Origin: Spizellomyces punctatus DAOM BR117
Lineage: Eukaryota
DNA: 64,000 bases
Direction: 5' to 3' (one strand)
Assembly (NCBI GenBank): GCA_000182565.2
Contig: KQ257464.1
Positions 47,012 through 60,149 of this stretch are shown here, piece by piece; the first letter of the stretch is position 1, and each line of letters opens with the position of its first letter. The notes beneath the pieces were generated by a model. The model saw nothing but the letters and a program-made list of their open reading frames with translations, had not been told where the DNA came from and searched no databases. A program made the translations under genes and the position numbers.

Positions 47012-49003
47012 ATGATTGTGCTGCAGATTGGCCAGGTATGCATGAACGCATAACACTACGCGAATATTCTCTTCCGTCGTTTGTTGACCCCACGTCATGC
47101 TCGCTTCTTTGGTTGGCTTCAGTGTGGCATTCAAATAGGACAGCAGTTGTTTGACGTGCTCGAAAGGGAGTGAGTTCAGGGTTTTGTTTATCGGAGCTCA
47201 AGTGTATCTGTGTCTCATGTCCATGACTGAAGAAATACGAGCAAGGAATCGGCTATAGGTCCTCTCTCGAGATTTCGCCAACTAGTCATCGATACAGAAC
47301 GCAAGGTGGGACCGGCGATCTAGCTACTGCGGATTGTCGGCGAAATCCTGATTGGAACGTTGAATTGAAACTGCAGACATGGCGCAAACGTCAACGCGAG
47401 TCTCGAAGCTCTATTTTCACTACACAATACATAGACAATGGCACAACTGGGCGGGGTAACAATTGGGCCCATGGATACTGGGATATCTCGCATCTTGAAG
47501 CTATCATGAATGCATACAGAAAAGCTGCCGAGGCGTCTGATACGAATGACGGAACTCTGCTGCTACATAGGTAATTCTCCGCGTAGCGTCTTTCCTGTTG
47601 TACATCGCGCTGAATGATGCCACTTCCACAGCATCGCTGGAGGGACTGGTTCTGGGCTTGGTTCACGGTATGGAAAAATGGCATGATGATGTTCCTAGAG
47701 TCCATACCGATATGAGATCGTAGCATAGCCGAAGAAGTGCGCGACCGATATCCAAAGCAATGTCTTATGACTTTTGCGTAAGAGGGCATTTACATTAGGC
47801 CTATACTCAGACATATTCTAATGTGTATATTCCCCTAGAGTGGCTCCTTTCTCGTCGGGCGAAACCGCCTTGCAACACTATAACTCTTTGTTAACGCTTG
47901 GCTGGATGCACAGGTTACGATCGCCATTGTCCATCACGAACAACAAACTAAGCGAGTTAATCGGCCTCCACTTCTTTAGATATTCAGATTTGATTGGTTT
48001 TCTATCTAATGATGCTATTATGGGCACGGTATCGAGACAGTACGGTCTCGTTTCCCGAGGTAAAGTCGATCAAAACCTGGGCTGCATCTTTTATACGTTC
48101 TGACCCCAATCAGGAGCGAAGGTGGAGAAGGTCACTTTGGACGATTTGAACGAGTATATAGCGCATTGCCTCGCTGGACTGGTGCTTCCTACCACGGAGG
48201 TCAAAAGCCAGAGTGGCAAGTTAGAGTACAAACGGTGAATATGCCATGTCATCAGGGTGACTGGGACTTTCAGGATCTAATTAATCTACTCGTAAAGTAA
48301 ACCCAGCGCACTTAATGCGTGGAATGTGGTAGCGGAATTGACTCCGGTGCCAAGCTGCAAGATGGCGACACTGGCGTCTTCCACCGTTGTATCAGGCGTA
48401 GGCAACATTGCAAAGTACGTCAGCGAGACAAGTGCCACCAGCATGCTAATCCCAAGCTAAATTTTAGCGCACAGCGATTTTACATTAGGGTGGGACAGTC
48501 TACGAACGAATTTGATGCGAAATTTGGCGAGTATGCCTATTGGAACACGCCGCAAGTGCATTGCCGCCCGACTACAAGCGCGTGGGGTAATAGGACCAGA
48601 GTACTGGCAAAAATCAGCCCAGTTTGAGCAGAAATTCGTTACCAAGTTGGGAGTGGTAAATCAATCGAAATGGTTCGACGTAAAAACCTCCTCTTTATAC
48701 GGTATGGCAAAACCGATCCACTACGGTATATGGGCCGCCATTTTACTAATCGTTTGCTCCTCAATAGCACTTGACATCAAGTCCCCAAAGCGATCTCTAG
48801 ATGTGTGCTACAATGGGTCAGATGTGATACCAGTGCTTGATTCAATGCTCACAAAGGCGGAAGCAATGTACAAAGCAGGAGCCTATTTGCACTGGTACGA
48901 ACGATACGGTGGCAGTGAGGTGCAAGAGGTTTTTTCCGACTGTTTTGAAATTATCCAAACAGCAAATGACGCCTATACGGAGATTTTGGGTAGTCATCTC
49001 TGA
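47012..49003 (+). CDS. Zeta-type (delta-related) tubulin
   Basis: Spliced MIVLQIGQ|CGIQIG, IDTERK, GRGNNWAHGY, LLHSIAGGTGSGLGSRIAEEVRD, VAPFSSGETALQHYNSLLTLGWMHRYSD, AGAYLHWYERYG. Confidence 0.85.
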
Positions 49004-49102
49004 ATTAGAGAGCTTTTAGTATTTGTACATATTATATATACATGCTATATTGTATTGGAGAGACAGCGAAAACTTTTGGCCCACGTCCTTCCTCCTGCGA
49101 AC

Positions 49103-50203
49103 TTAACCTTCTTCGTCATAATCCTCATCAATATCCATTTCCGTTTTGACAGCTGTTACGGATGGAAAAGGAGTAGGCGTAGTCGGGGCGGGTTGATAAT
49201 CTGATCCGGAAACGCCTGTCATACTCGCGGCAGATGCACGAGCGGAGGTGGGTGACCCTGGTACACTAGGGCCTCGTACGGATGGTGCGGCGGTAAGTGG
49301 TCGCGATGCTTCCGTGGATATGTCCATTGGCTGGTGCTTTGAAGTACGCTTATTGATCAAATGCACAACATTAGCATTCATTTTAGTGATTTTAGTCGGT
49401 TGGATTAATAAATGAGCATACACTGATGGCGATTTGAAAGTTGGTGCTGGTGAGTGTATGGCGCTCTGGGGGGAGCCGCACTCCAAATTTTTCGGGTATC
49501 AACGGGAGAGGGACGGAATTTCGTTTGGCAGCCAGTGCCTCGAGAAACTAAGTGCGCAATATCTCAATCTACAGCTTTGTACGAGGTGAAACACGGCAAT
49601 ACGCACCTCTCTTCCAGGGGGTGTGGTAAACGTATGAGGTGCCCGACCTTCTATCGCCAGACGTACGTCGTCGAGTGAAATGCTATTATGGCTTGCGTGC
49701 TCCGCGTAGATTTGTGCGTCTGCCAAAACATCTAGAACGTAACCTGCCATATAGATATTGCCAAATTGATTAAGATACAGAATCCTTGATAAATTGCACT
49801 TTGAATGCCTCGACAAGGACATGGCTAGAGCGTTGTTCATGCGGAGTCCAAACACAGAAACTGAAGGCCAAACCCTGGCGAGGAGTGAATACTCACGATG
49901 AATGAATTCCAAAAGTTGTGGAATGACTCGCGGCTCATAGTCTTCTACCCCCATTGCCTGTAATATAAGGGAAACCAACTTTGCATCCCGGGGAAGTTGG
50001 ACGGCGTCTTGACGTCCGTGCGCTGCCGCGGCAGCAAGAAGGGCAGCGGTTTCTGGGTTTATACCATCTGGAACCGTTTGTTGAACAGAGCTTGAGATGG
50101 AAGTGGAGATGGAAGTGGGGGCATTGATGGCAGATGCAGGGATGTTTGGGGTGCTCGGGGGAGACGGGGCAACAGCTGGTGTTTCTTCCATTGGAACAGT
50201 CAT
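49103..50203 (-). CDS. TAF9: TFIID/SAGA subunit TAF9
   Basis: LPRDAKLVSLILQAMGVEDYEPRVIPQLLEF, YVLDVLADAQIYAEHA, DDVRLAI, RNSVPLPLI..GVRLPPERH. Confidence 0.93.
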
Positions 50204-50420
50204 GAAGGAGATCAGACTCGGTGGTAAGTTGGTTGGTAGATCTGGTGGTGGGGTGGCACAGGTAAAGTTAGCAACCACGTGATTACGCATTCCTTTGATC
50301 GTACCAAATCAAAGCTAAATAGGATATTTTACGCTCGATCGTTGCCCAAAAGCTCCACAGAATGTGAGGATGATATACATTGGTGTGTCTACGATAATTT
50401 AGCCCATAGAACTCTTAACA

Positions 50421-51815
50421 CTAATCGGACGCCCATCGCAGTCTATTTGGCGATGCGTGAGCATTAAAGCTGCCAGCGGGTGCCAGGGAGGTGCTACCGT
50501 CACTCTGCTGTGCAGTGCGAAGACCCATCAAAATTACGGTCATGCCAACTCCAAAGATCGCAAAAAATTGGATTAATCCAGAAATTGTCGGGATCTCGTG
50601 GAACAACAGCACATTGGACATTACGGCACTGAAGAGTTTAAAGATGTTATTGAGCGACAGAGATGAGTCAACAATACGGAGTATCTGATATCTAGCTAAT
50701 CCTACGCACCATCCATTGAAAGTAGCAAATAACATCGGTTGAAATCTTGACACTGGGTAATGGGTGAGCGCCCTTTGCCGGAAGAGTTCCAAGCCCATCA
50801 CCGACATTCCGATCACGAGAATCATCGCCAACACTGGAGTGGCTACACCAGTTGATGATGTTACTTCGCCTGCAGCGCCCGTTGTAGCATTCGCTACAGC
50901 GACGTGGGCACCACTTGATGTGGCACTCATTGCTCGTACCCTTGCCAGTACGGACAAAACCTTTCCGCAGGTAACTGTCACCGCTCCAAACAAGGAGCAT
51001 ATGGCCACATGAAGGTACAAATTGTAATCCTTCCCTAGAAAGTCCCGCCATTTCTTTGAATATCTTGTCGATCGCAGAACATAGATCAACATCAAAACAC
51101 TGGACACCAGGGTTGCCAGCCCAAGAAAAAATGAGCGTGTCCGGCAGCATTCATCTAATATTTGGGAGGGTACTGGAGGACGAGTAGGATCCTTTGTCAG
51201 CTGTCCACCCTTTGGTGCAGCCAGGAGGATTATCAGCACGCCGCAGGCAACCACACCATATCCAATGCGTTGGCGCCTAGTGATCTTCTCTCCCAGGTAC
51301 TTGTGCGCTAGCACCGCATTAACGATGACCGACACGATTCCCAAAGGAGTGACGACCGCCGCAGAGACAAAGCTCAAGGCTACCCAATTGCCACATGCTT
51401 CTCCAAGATACGCGAGCAGGAGACCGAGCAGCCATGTTCGATTTCGAGCCCGTGTGGCTAGAGATATGGCTGGGTCGGCATTGGAAGGTATCGGACGCCG
51501 TCTCCGAGCTGATGGAAGGTAGGAGAGAGCAGCAATGCGGTTGATCGCGTGCTTCTGCAGAGTCTGTCCCAAGCCAATAGCGCAACTAACAATGCGGGAT
51601 GAGATGTCCACTGCCGACCGATACCAACCATCACCTTTGAAACTTACTTGCCCAATAACGCTGCTAGCAAACCCAGCAAAAACATGAAATCTATCCGACC
51701 ATGCGACAGGCACGTCCAAACGGCGTGTTGCTATTTTCGTGCTGAACTTTAAAAAAAGGAGGCGTAAAGAACGCGGCTTTTGGTCAACTCACGCGGCCTG
51801 TCGCCAAAACGGCAT
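50421..51815 (-). CDS. NIPA-family Mg2+ transporter
   Basis: GQTLQK, WLLGLLLAYLGEACGNWVALSFVSAAVVTPLG..NAVLAHKYLGE and multiple TMs; probable short first exon from ATG 51815. Confidence 0.85.
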
Positions 51816-51955
51816 GTGCTGAAAGTCAAAAAAAATTGCCGTTTTGATGACAACAGCAATGTGTATAAAAAAGGAAGAGAGGTTCGTCCTCATCTTCATC
51901 TCTTTTCAGCAACTGCCCAACACTCCTTCCGCACACTCTCGCTAAACACACCATA

Positions 51956-52546
51956 ATGGTCCGTTTTACCACCCTTCTCCTGCTCGCGGCAGCTACCTTC
52001 TCCACCATCTCTGCAAAGCCTTGCAATGTCGCCGATACAAAATACGTGGGACAAAAAGCGGTTCTGAAGCAGGTTGCTGCCAGCCTTCCCAACCAGCCTG
52101 CGGCCGTATTCCAGATATCGGGAACAGCAGAGATTCTTGATGGTTGTAACTTCATTGTCAGGAATTTCACTTTCCTCCCCGGTTACGCTGGTTCCGTATG
52201 GTTGGGACGTAGGCCAGGCGACCAAATGGCCAAGGGTGTGGCGGAAAATGTCGTGGCTAGCAACAATCTAGATAGCCAAAAGTTCACCTTAAGAAGCGTG
52301 CCTGGATCGGAAATCAGCTTTGACGAGTTTGACACCCTCGTTCTCTTTTCTACCATCGACAACTTTGAGATGGCTACTGCTCAGTTCCCCGGATTGGCGG
52401 CACCAAATGCGACCTCCACAGGATCCTCTCCAAGTGCAACCGAAGCGGCTAGTGGTAAAAGCAAAAGCTCCGCTTCCTCCGTCGGTGGGTCTGCTGTGAT
52501 TGTTGGCGCCGCCGCTGCCGCCGCAGCATTCGCCGTTGGGTTGTAA
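51956..52546 (+). CDS. Secreted, probably GPI-anchored DM13-like domain protein
   Basis: Signal peptide; QISGTAEILDGCNFIVRNFTF..KFTL..ISFDEFDTLVLFS; S/T-rich stalk and hydrophobic C-terminal tail; TATAAAA upstream at ~51864. Confidence 0.7.
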   Translation: MVRFTTLLLLAAATFSTISAKPCNVADTKYVGQKAVLKQVAASLPNQPAAVFQISGTAEILDGCNFIVRNFTFLPGYAGSVWLGRRPGDQMAKGVAENVVASNNLDSQKFTLRSVPGSEISFDEFDTLVLFSTIDNFEMATAQFPGLAAPNATSTGSSPSATEAASGKSKSSASSVGGSAVIVGAAAAAAAFAVGL

Positions 52547-52765
52547 GAGACATTTGCCACGAATATATAGTTCTGAATCAATATTACTCCATAGATTATT
52601 GTTGATAGTCAAAAATATACAGAGAAATGTTAATAGTTATCAGATAATAAGGATGCCCCATCATTGCCATAGTAACCAAAACACAGGAATGAAGCAGCGC
52701 GGCGGTAACGAAACTGACCGCTTTGTAAAGATGTATTTTTTGCAAACGATCCTTAGACAACCTTC

Positions 52766-54487
52766 CTAATCAGTGTCCATGGAATCACCCCCGCTCTGAT
52801 CCTGGTTTATACGATCTGCATCAAGGTAAACAGGTGAGTATCCCACGTCTCCTTCCTACATACAGAAACGCCACATACCTTGCACAGATTGCAAGAATGT
52901 TTGGAGGGCTATAATTCACCAGTGAGAATCGGTAGATCAATCAAAAGGCCTTGTAGTCAAATGCATACCTTCCATATCGCTACCTGGAGCTAGATGAAGA
53001 GCCACCAGTGTACCATATCTTAGTGGGATAGTGTCATGTCATTCTGTTGATAGAGGAGTACGTACCTAGCTGTTGAAGTAGAGGCGCCAACTGCCCAGAT
53101 CGTAACGCAGCACTCAAGGACTGCACAGACTGATGCTGTCCGGTCAACTTCCAAGCATAAGGCATTAGAATCTTTCTAGACCCACCTGTGTGAACTCAGG
53201 ACTGTCCATTAATGCTTGAATCTCTGCCGGCGATCTGTTGGCAATTTGAGGAAGATTCGGGAAGAGCGCCGAAGAAATATTTGGGTTGTTGAGAATGGGT
53301 CCAACAGTGTCCGGATTCAGCGCATGCGCCAGGTCACCAGCTACAGACATAGATAAAGGAATTCAAATAATGGTTCCACTTTGGGATGATTGATGAACAT
53401 ACCAGACTCAGCCTCTGCATCTAATGTGGGGAACATTCAGTGTGTTGTATCAGGAATACCAACACATACTTTCTCACCTGATACGCGGATATTGGCCAAA
53501 ACATCACGAATTTGCTCCAATTGGGCAGATGCCGACGCCGAGCTAGGAGTCGTTGCACCTTCACTAGACCCTGCATTCCTGATTACGATGAACATGAGCA
53601 TCGTCATCCAACTAAGAAACCTTGGCAACCCATCATGCGGCGAATACCTGGCGCTTTGCTGTAAGACTTGAAGTAAATCATTCTCCATGGGATCTTGTCC
53701 GGGTGCAGGAGGATTGTTGATAAGATTATTAACCTGTGGAGAAATTGAATTATCAGACTGGTCAGTGCACCTTCGAGTTGGTCTAGGATTTAGCTTCACC
53801 TTTCTGGCTAGTTCTTCGTCCTTGTCTGACTTCGGCTCTGTGAGCCACAAATGGTGAGTATCCCCTTGGCATTCCCAGTGCGGGCATCCAGATTTTCAGA
53901 ATGCTTACCCTGCATCCAGAAGAACAGCTTCTGTGATGACGACTTAAATTTGAGGACATATACGCGTCCATTTGACTGTGACACTTTAACAAAGTCGGCT
54001 TCCTCTATCAGAGTAATGAACTGTAAGCATCGTTCGTTGGGAGGGCTTGGACGAGAGCGCGTAAGAGGACCGACCTGGGAAAATGATCAAATCATCCTCC
54101 ACTGCTCCCGTCCGTCGGTCTTTCCAGTAGAAGTGCATAAGTGAGTCCTGAACCCCAATGCAATCAGTATGCATCGATCAAGCTTGCGAAACTGCGTCAC
54201 CCTTACGTCTCCTTGGTTCATGTAGATCAAGCTGCACATCGACTATGAGTTTCAATTTGTGGCAAAGTTGCTTTCGTTCCCTTACCCTTTTCGCGTGTCT
54301 GGCTTAACAAGAGTTCCCTCGCGAGTGCATTTCCCTATCAACTCAATCTGTCAACCTTCCATTGCCCCAGTGTCGCCGCCATCATCGCCGAAAGGCAGGC
54401 ATACTGACCTGCTCTAAACTCCACCAGGGCTCCCGATCCTCTCTGCGCAGCCGAACCAAAGAGAGCAGCCGGAATACTTGCGGCCAT
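52766..54487 (-). CDS. RPN13: Proteasome ubiquitin receptor Rpn13/ADRM1
   Basis: LVEFRA|GKC..VKPDTRKG, LMHFYWKDR..EDDLIIFP, GRVYVLKFKSS..LFFWMQE, and a C-terminal UCH37-binding-like region. Confidence 0.93.
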
Positions 54488-54726
54488 GGTAAAGTGAATT
54501 ACGAAGGGAAGCGGTAATATTCAGACAGATGAGTGTGATGCGTAACAACAACAGTGCACTGTAGACGCGTTCTTGGGACTACGATCACGTGCACTGTTGG
54601 ATCTGCGAGAATGGAAGTGAGGAATGGACTTGATCCGTACAGATTTGAGTGAAGAAAGAGTGACAAATCTCTATATATTGATGCATCTTGAATAAAATAA
54701 AGTGTACCTATCCCCTCTAGTATTAA

Positions 54727-56481
54727 TTACAGAGCCAGTACTTCATCCCTTCTCCGTCGGTATTCGCGTAGTCGCATTAAAGCATACTCTAAATAATCAA
54801 AGTCCAAATCGCTGATCTCTGCTTGCACCAGAGCCCATACAGCCCAGTAAAAGTGCGATGCAAGCGAAAATTTTGCCACCTCCTTGTATAGTGTTTCCAC
54901 TTCATCCGTTGAAACCGCATCTGACCCAGTGAAGGACTGAAGATATTCACGGAGCCATCCTAGCTGGAAGGATTTTGTTGGGTATAAAGACCAGTCACAA
55001 TCAAACCCTAGTTACGCGGAAATAAGCAGTAAAGTAAGCTCTTGATCACAATGAATGCAATACCGCAAGCTAAGCCGCTTCCTCATTACCTGCATGCTCG
55101 CAGAAGTGGTTTCCGATGTCAAATCCTCGATAGGAGTAGTTTCCGTACTCATAGTCGATGAAAGAAACGGAATCTGGACGAATGGTGAGATCATTTGCGT
55201 ATAAACACTTTAATTGCCCAAAATACCTCTCGTCTGGTCATACACGATGTTGCCAGAAAGCAAATCATTGTGACAGAATGTTACAGGACTGTTCAATTTC
55301 TCCAATACGTTTTGCAATTGGCGCAGGTCTTCCTTCAGCTCATCCATGTTAAGTGATGCCTTGAACTTCCGGTCAGCTGACGAGTTGCTGTAGGTTGCTG
55401 GTACTGTGAAGATGTCAGATGCGCCCAGCCATTAACAGCCCTGCGATCGGAATTACTACATACCTGCATCTAACCATCGCCAAAGGGTCGAAAAGAGTTT
55501 CGGCACACGTGGTTCCCCAGGCAGATCCACCCGATGCCATCTCGCCAACTGTTCAGCGACCAGTAGGGACTTTCGGGGATGGTGCATGTCTGGTGGAAGG
55601 TCAGTAAGGATCGGGCACCAAGTCGAGTCAACTAGAGGATAATACAAAAAGGCCTACCTTCCACGGAGAACGGTACTCCCTCAACATACCCATACACAAG
55701 ACCGTTATGAAAACGTCCATAGAGCGCAGGACTCAAACCCAACCGCGACAGTGCTATCAAATTCTTACAAAGGAAGTAACAGGAACGTGGCAGAAACGTC
55801 ACAACGAGAATCATCGGCCAACTGAAAAAAACCCAAAAACCACATACGAGCATTTCCTGGCGCCGGTCAATCAAAATATCAGAGCCTTTGCCATAACATC
55901 GGACCAACGCTGACTCTCCTGTTGGCTGATGCAGGCACCGTACGAGCTTATTAGTGATACCAGCCGTGCATTGGATGAATTTCACGTCGCGAGACACATT
56001 CCATGCAGGGAAGAAATGAGCGATAACACTAGCGACACCTTCCTGGCAATGTTCTGGAACTTAGTACTGTGCATGGTGGAATCATCCTATTTATCAATCA
56101 TCCCTTGCCCTCCTCTCCCTCTCCTGCCACCCTCCAACTTTATTTCACTTGTAATTATCTGGTGTCCCTACTCTACATTGTCGTCCAGAATATAAAATCC
56201 CTATGACAAAAGAATGGGCCATTTTATGTAGTGCTCAATTGGGTACTCACCAGCAGGTTGTCATGGTCAATAAAGTAGCTGAAAGAAGAGACACTCTCCA
56301 CCAACTGTTCCGGAGAGCTGTCTTGCTTGTCTTGGGTCTTGAAGTGAACTTGCGAGGGACGACGAGACTCGGGAGGTGTAATGAGACTGTTGGCTCCCTT
56401 CCAGTTCAAATGGGTAGCATCATGCACTGTTGAGCTATCACAGGTCCGATCATATGCATCTGCGGGGTTCTCAACCAACAT
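54727..56481 (-). CDS. Ethanolamine/choline kinase
   Basis: AGITNKL, LVRCYGKGS..IDR, FHNGLVYGY, FCHNDLL, FIDYEYG, ASHFYWAVWALVQ. Confidence 0.92.
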
Positions 56482-56698
56482 GACTAATCCCATGCAAAAA
56501 AAAAAGTTCAAAAGTTGAGATCAAGCCTAAACCGCCAGGAAGGAAAAATAAATGTCAGATTGGAGATAGGGAGCGGGGTTGCGCAGCAGATTTGCATCGT
56601 CAGGTCACATGTCGTATGGTAACACAGCTTAGTAAGTGTGCGATCAGAGGCTTTGCCCCATTTCCTGCAGCGGAGATCTCCGCTGGGTGCATTTCAAG

Positions 56699-58021
56699 AT
56701 GAGGTTGAAGACAAAGGTGATCAACGCGGGTCTTTTGATCAGTTGCGTATCCTGAGATGCTTCTTTTGGGTTGCTTGCTCCAATTAATACTCGCTTGAAA
56801 ATAGAAATGGCTGTCAGTGTGGAGAAAATGGCAAAACGGTGGATCTGGCATTTTTCGCCAGACTACATCCACTTTATCGTTGGGAAGCAAGATATTAGCA
56901 CGACGATGCAAATGTTTGGACAGATAAAGGCGGTTAGTGTTTATGCTGTGACACAATTGGTCAGATCCTTATAGGGCCTCTTATAATACGCGGAAAACAC
57001 TTACAGGATCGCATGTTCGAAGAATATGTAGTAGAAAGTGGTTTCGGAAACAATATCTGGATTGAGCTAACCGGGGAGCATCTTGTACGCGCGCTAAAAT
57101 CCAGCCAGCAAGCCTCTAATGTCGCTATGCGCTTGACAAAAAAAGAAGGACTACCCGTCTTAGCGTTGAGCATTACCAACACGGTGCGCAATCGCTGGGG
57201 CAAAGGCGTTTGTATTTCCGCCTCTCAAAATTTTGGTCAACAGAGTCGTACAGGGAATTGCGTTTTTCTGAGCCAAGATATTCCCGTAAGACCTCTGAAA
57301 TGGCAGGAAGCGGAAGATCTGAAGCAGCCCGTTATGATGGATTACCAAGTAACGAAGGAATCATATGGTTCTAAGTGACATTTTGTTTTAGGCTAATGCA
57401 AACAACTAGGTCCATATTCTCCTTCCACCATTGACGGATGTACGTACGATTGCTGAGCGAATGCGGCCGTTAGGAAACCATATTACTGTGTCGGCCAACA
57501 TGGCCGGGGACTTCCTACTAAAGGTTGAAACCGATGCCGTTCGTGTGGAGACCACGTTTTCGGGTTTGGTCAATCCTGAACTTGGTAATGATCCCGTTCT
57601 TGCTGCTGTGATCAAACATCTGGAAGTTGGATAGTAATGCTCCAAGTAGATCCTGGTCACTGTGACGTCTCCCAACAACCAAGTCTCAGCCGGGACCGTC
57701 AATCACTTGCGCATGTCAGAGTTGACATAAGGGATTTTGTTAAATTTCTGCATAGTTCTGTGATAAATCCGCGTAATGTCGTCTGTTGTAAGTTTGGTCA
57801 TACTCCGCGAGACCCAGCGTCGTAGTTTCGGACAATCGGATCATCTCTATTTAGGTCTGTTCGAGGGACAAGGATTGATTTTGTACGTGTATCTGGGAGA
57901 GGGAACGGACGCCGACGATGGTGCATTTGTCTATTGTAAGCCTGCGCGCTCCTGCTGCGTGGTCATGCAGTTACTAAATCACCTCTGTCACTGTCTAGAC
58001 GTCCCAATGAGATCGCAGTGA
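56699..58021 (+). CDS. HUS1: 9-1-1 checkpoint clamp subunit Hus1
   Basis: MRLKTKV, FEEYVVES..NNIWIEL..LVRALKS, MRLTKKEGLPVL, QDIPVR, SANMAG..L.VETD, VRVDIRDF. Confidence 0.9.
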
Positions 58022-58139
58022 CGGCGAAGCAGCAGCAGAAGTGCGTGTATATTGTGTATATATTACGACTCATAACTTAAATTATATGTATAAACTGGCC
58101 TCCGGTTTCTCTGCGCTAATATACAGATGTGTGTTAAGA

Positions 58140-59990
58140 TTATGCAAGCAGGGCCTCCGGTATCTGGTCGCGGGACGCTTTCTTTTGTGAAACTTTGCCC
58201 ACGGACGGTGTTGCCCCCATCGCGGATATTTGGTCTTCCAACAGAAGTGCATCTAGTTCGGCGTCAAGCTCATGTGTCGCAATAGGGATCGCCGAAGATG
58301 AAGCGGCATTGGGTTTAGCCGGTGCAGCCACGGGCGGTACGTATCCAGTCACTGTTGGGTGTTCTGCCTTCTCAACCGCCAGTTCTGTGTTCACGACCGG
58401 CAGCTTTTCTACTTCCTCCGCGAGGAGTGCATCTAGTTCCTTTTCAAGGTCCTCATCTTCTTCTGGCTTGAGAATCATATTCTGGCCCACAGCCATGGCC
58501 TCGTCAATCTCAGCTTGATCAGCCAACGCGTCTTGCAATTTATCCATTGTTCCCTCTACCGCCTCCACAGTCAGACCAGATTCCTTAATAAATGATTTCA
58601 AAGCATTAGAGCCGGCATCATAAGCTGTGAGAACCTGCAGGAGTAAGATAATATTGTCAGGAATGTTGCTTATACATCTGAGTGATCCTAGAAGGCGACG
58701 TACCTCTGTCTCCGTCTCCGCCGACTGAATCTTGCCAATAATACCCTCAATTGTTTCCACCGAATGGAGTCGTTTCTCAAGAACTTGGGTAACTAGTTTC
58801 TTTTGCCGGATGTGATACAAAGCGCGCTCTTTTTGTCCGGCGCGAAGACGCTGTTGCGCCATCTTAGTGAGACTTTGATTTGGTAAAATGTTAGCTAGTT
58901 ATACGACTAGCTCCATTACAAACACTACAACTCCGCAACTTACTCTACGATCCTCTCTTCAAGTTCGTCAACCTGCTTGTGAAGCATGGCCATTGTGGAC
59001 TTCAGAGTAACAATACCGCGGTCCGTACTCGTAATGACCAGACTCGATTGGCTTGAAGTCAACGGTTTTACTTTCACAATCTAAAGGAGACTGATGAGGT
59101 TCTCTGATGTAGCTATGGTCGAGGACAGGGAACATACTCCACGCTCCGAGTTGGTAGGGTCCTCTGCGATCAACACATTGCCGCTCTGCTGAAGGTAAAC
59201 CTGCACTAGCTCAAAATCCAAGTGGGAGGGCTTTCGTCCGGCTCTGGCTTCCGCCGCCCTATCGAATTGCTCTTGGAAGTTGCTCATACTAAGTACGTGA
59301 TCAGAGGCATAGTGAGCATCCTTCCGGATGGTCTCCAACAAAGCTTCAGCGGTTTCCTGCCAAATCACGTTGGTCAGCGCGAATGATGTAAAACAGACAT
59401 AACTTATACCCACTTTAACGAGTGGAATCACGACATGAGCACCATGCATGCTATGGGACTTTGGTTGTTCACCACCACCAGTAATTTGACTTATGCCCCA
59501 CGAGAGCGGTGCTACGATCAGCGAAGAAACGGCCCAGGAAGCCCATCCTTGTGGTGAGCCCGATCGTTGTTTATATTTCGCTAGAGGTATAAGGTCCCCA
59601 GTTCGCTCCATATCGGCCTGACCATGTAAAGAGCCATTAGATGCTGTCTGTGATTGTGTAGAAAGACTACCCGCCACATACCAGAACTGTGCCGAGTCCC
59701 AGCGGCACAAGTCCCCTTCTCTTGAACTTAGTTTCCAGGCTGTCAGCATCAAAGGACAGAACATGCTCGCCAAGTAAACCCAATCCACAGGCTTCCGTTA
59801 GTACCCCACGCCAAAATGCCATTTTCTCGTCATAGGAAGGTGCATTGAGGGTGCTTCTGGAAGCAGGAAAGCGCGAGAAGAGGAAAGATACTTTGTCGTT
59901 GGCTTTCTGATCTGTCGAAGACCAAAAAGGCAACGACTCAAGATAACTTTCAAGATTAGGATATCGAGCTCGTATTTTGCTGTTGGTCAT
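58140..59990 (-). CDS. CHMP7: ESCRT-II/III hybrid CHMP7 (Chm7/Cmp7)
   Basis: N-terminal YDEKMAFW..KFKRRGLVPLGLGTV winged-helix region, W-rich loop, and C-terminal Snf7 domain (ALYHIRQKK..VLTAYDAGSNALK..DLEKELDAL). Confidence 0.88.
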
Positions 59991-60149
59991 GATCAACCTG
60001 GGAAATAGACAGGAATGGAATTGCGAAATTTAAATGCCGATCTCGTTTGGTTGAGGTTGAGCGCCAGCTATCACGTCAGAATATGACACATGATAGTTGC
60101 CGCATTTGGACGATAGTATGGCGCAGCTCGCGGAGTTTCGTCCAGTCCC

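Noticed and set aside
56747-56754. GTATCCTG as a U12-type donor in HUS1 intron 1
   Set aside because: Its phase is incompatible with the available acceptors; the upstream GTTGCG donor restores the frame.
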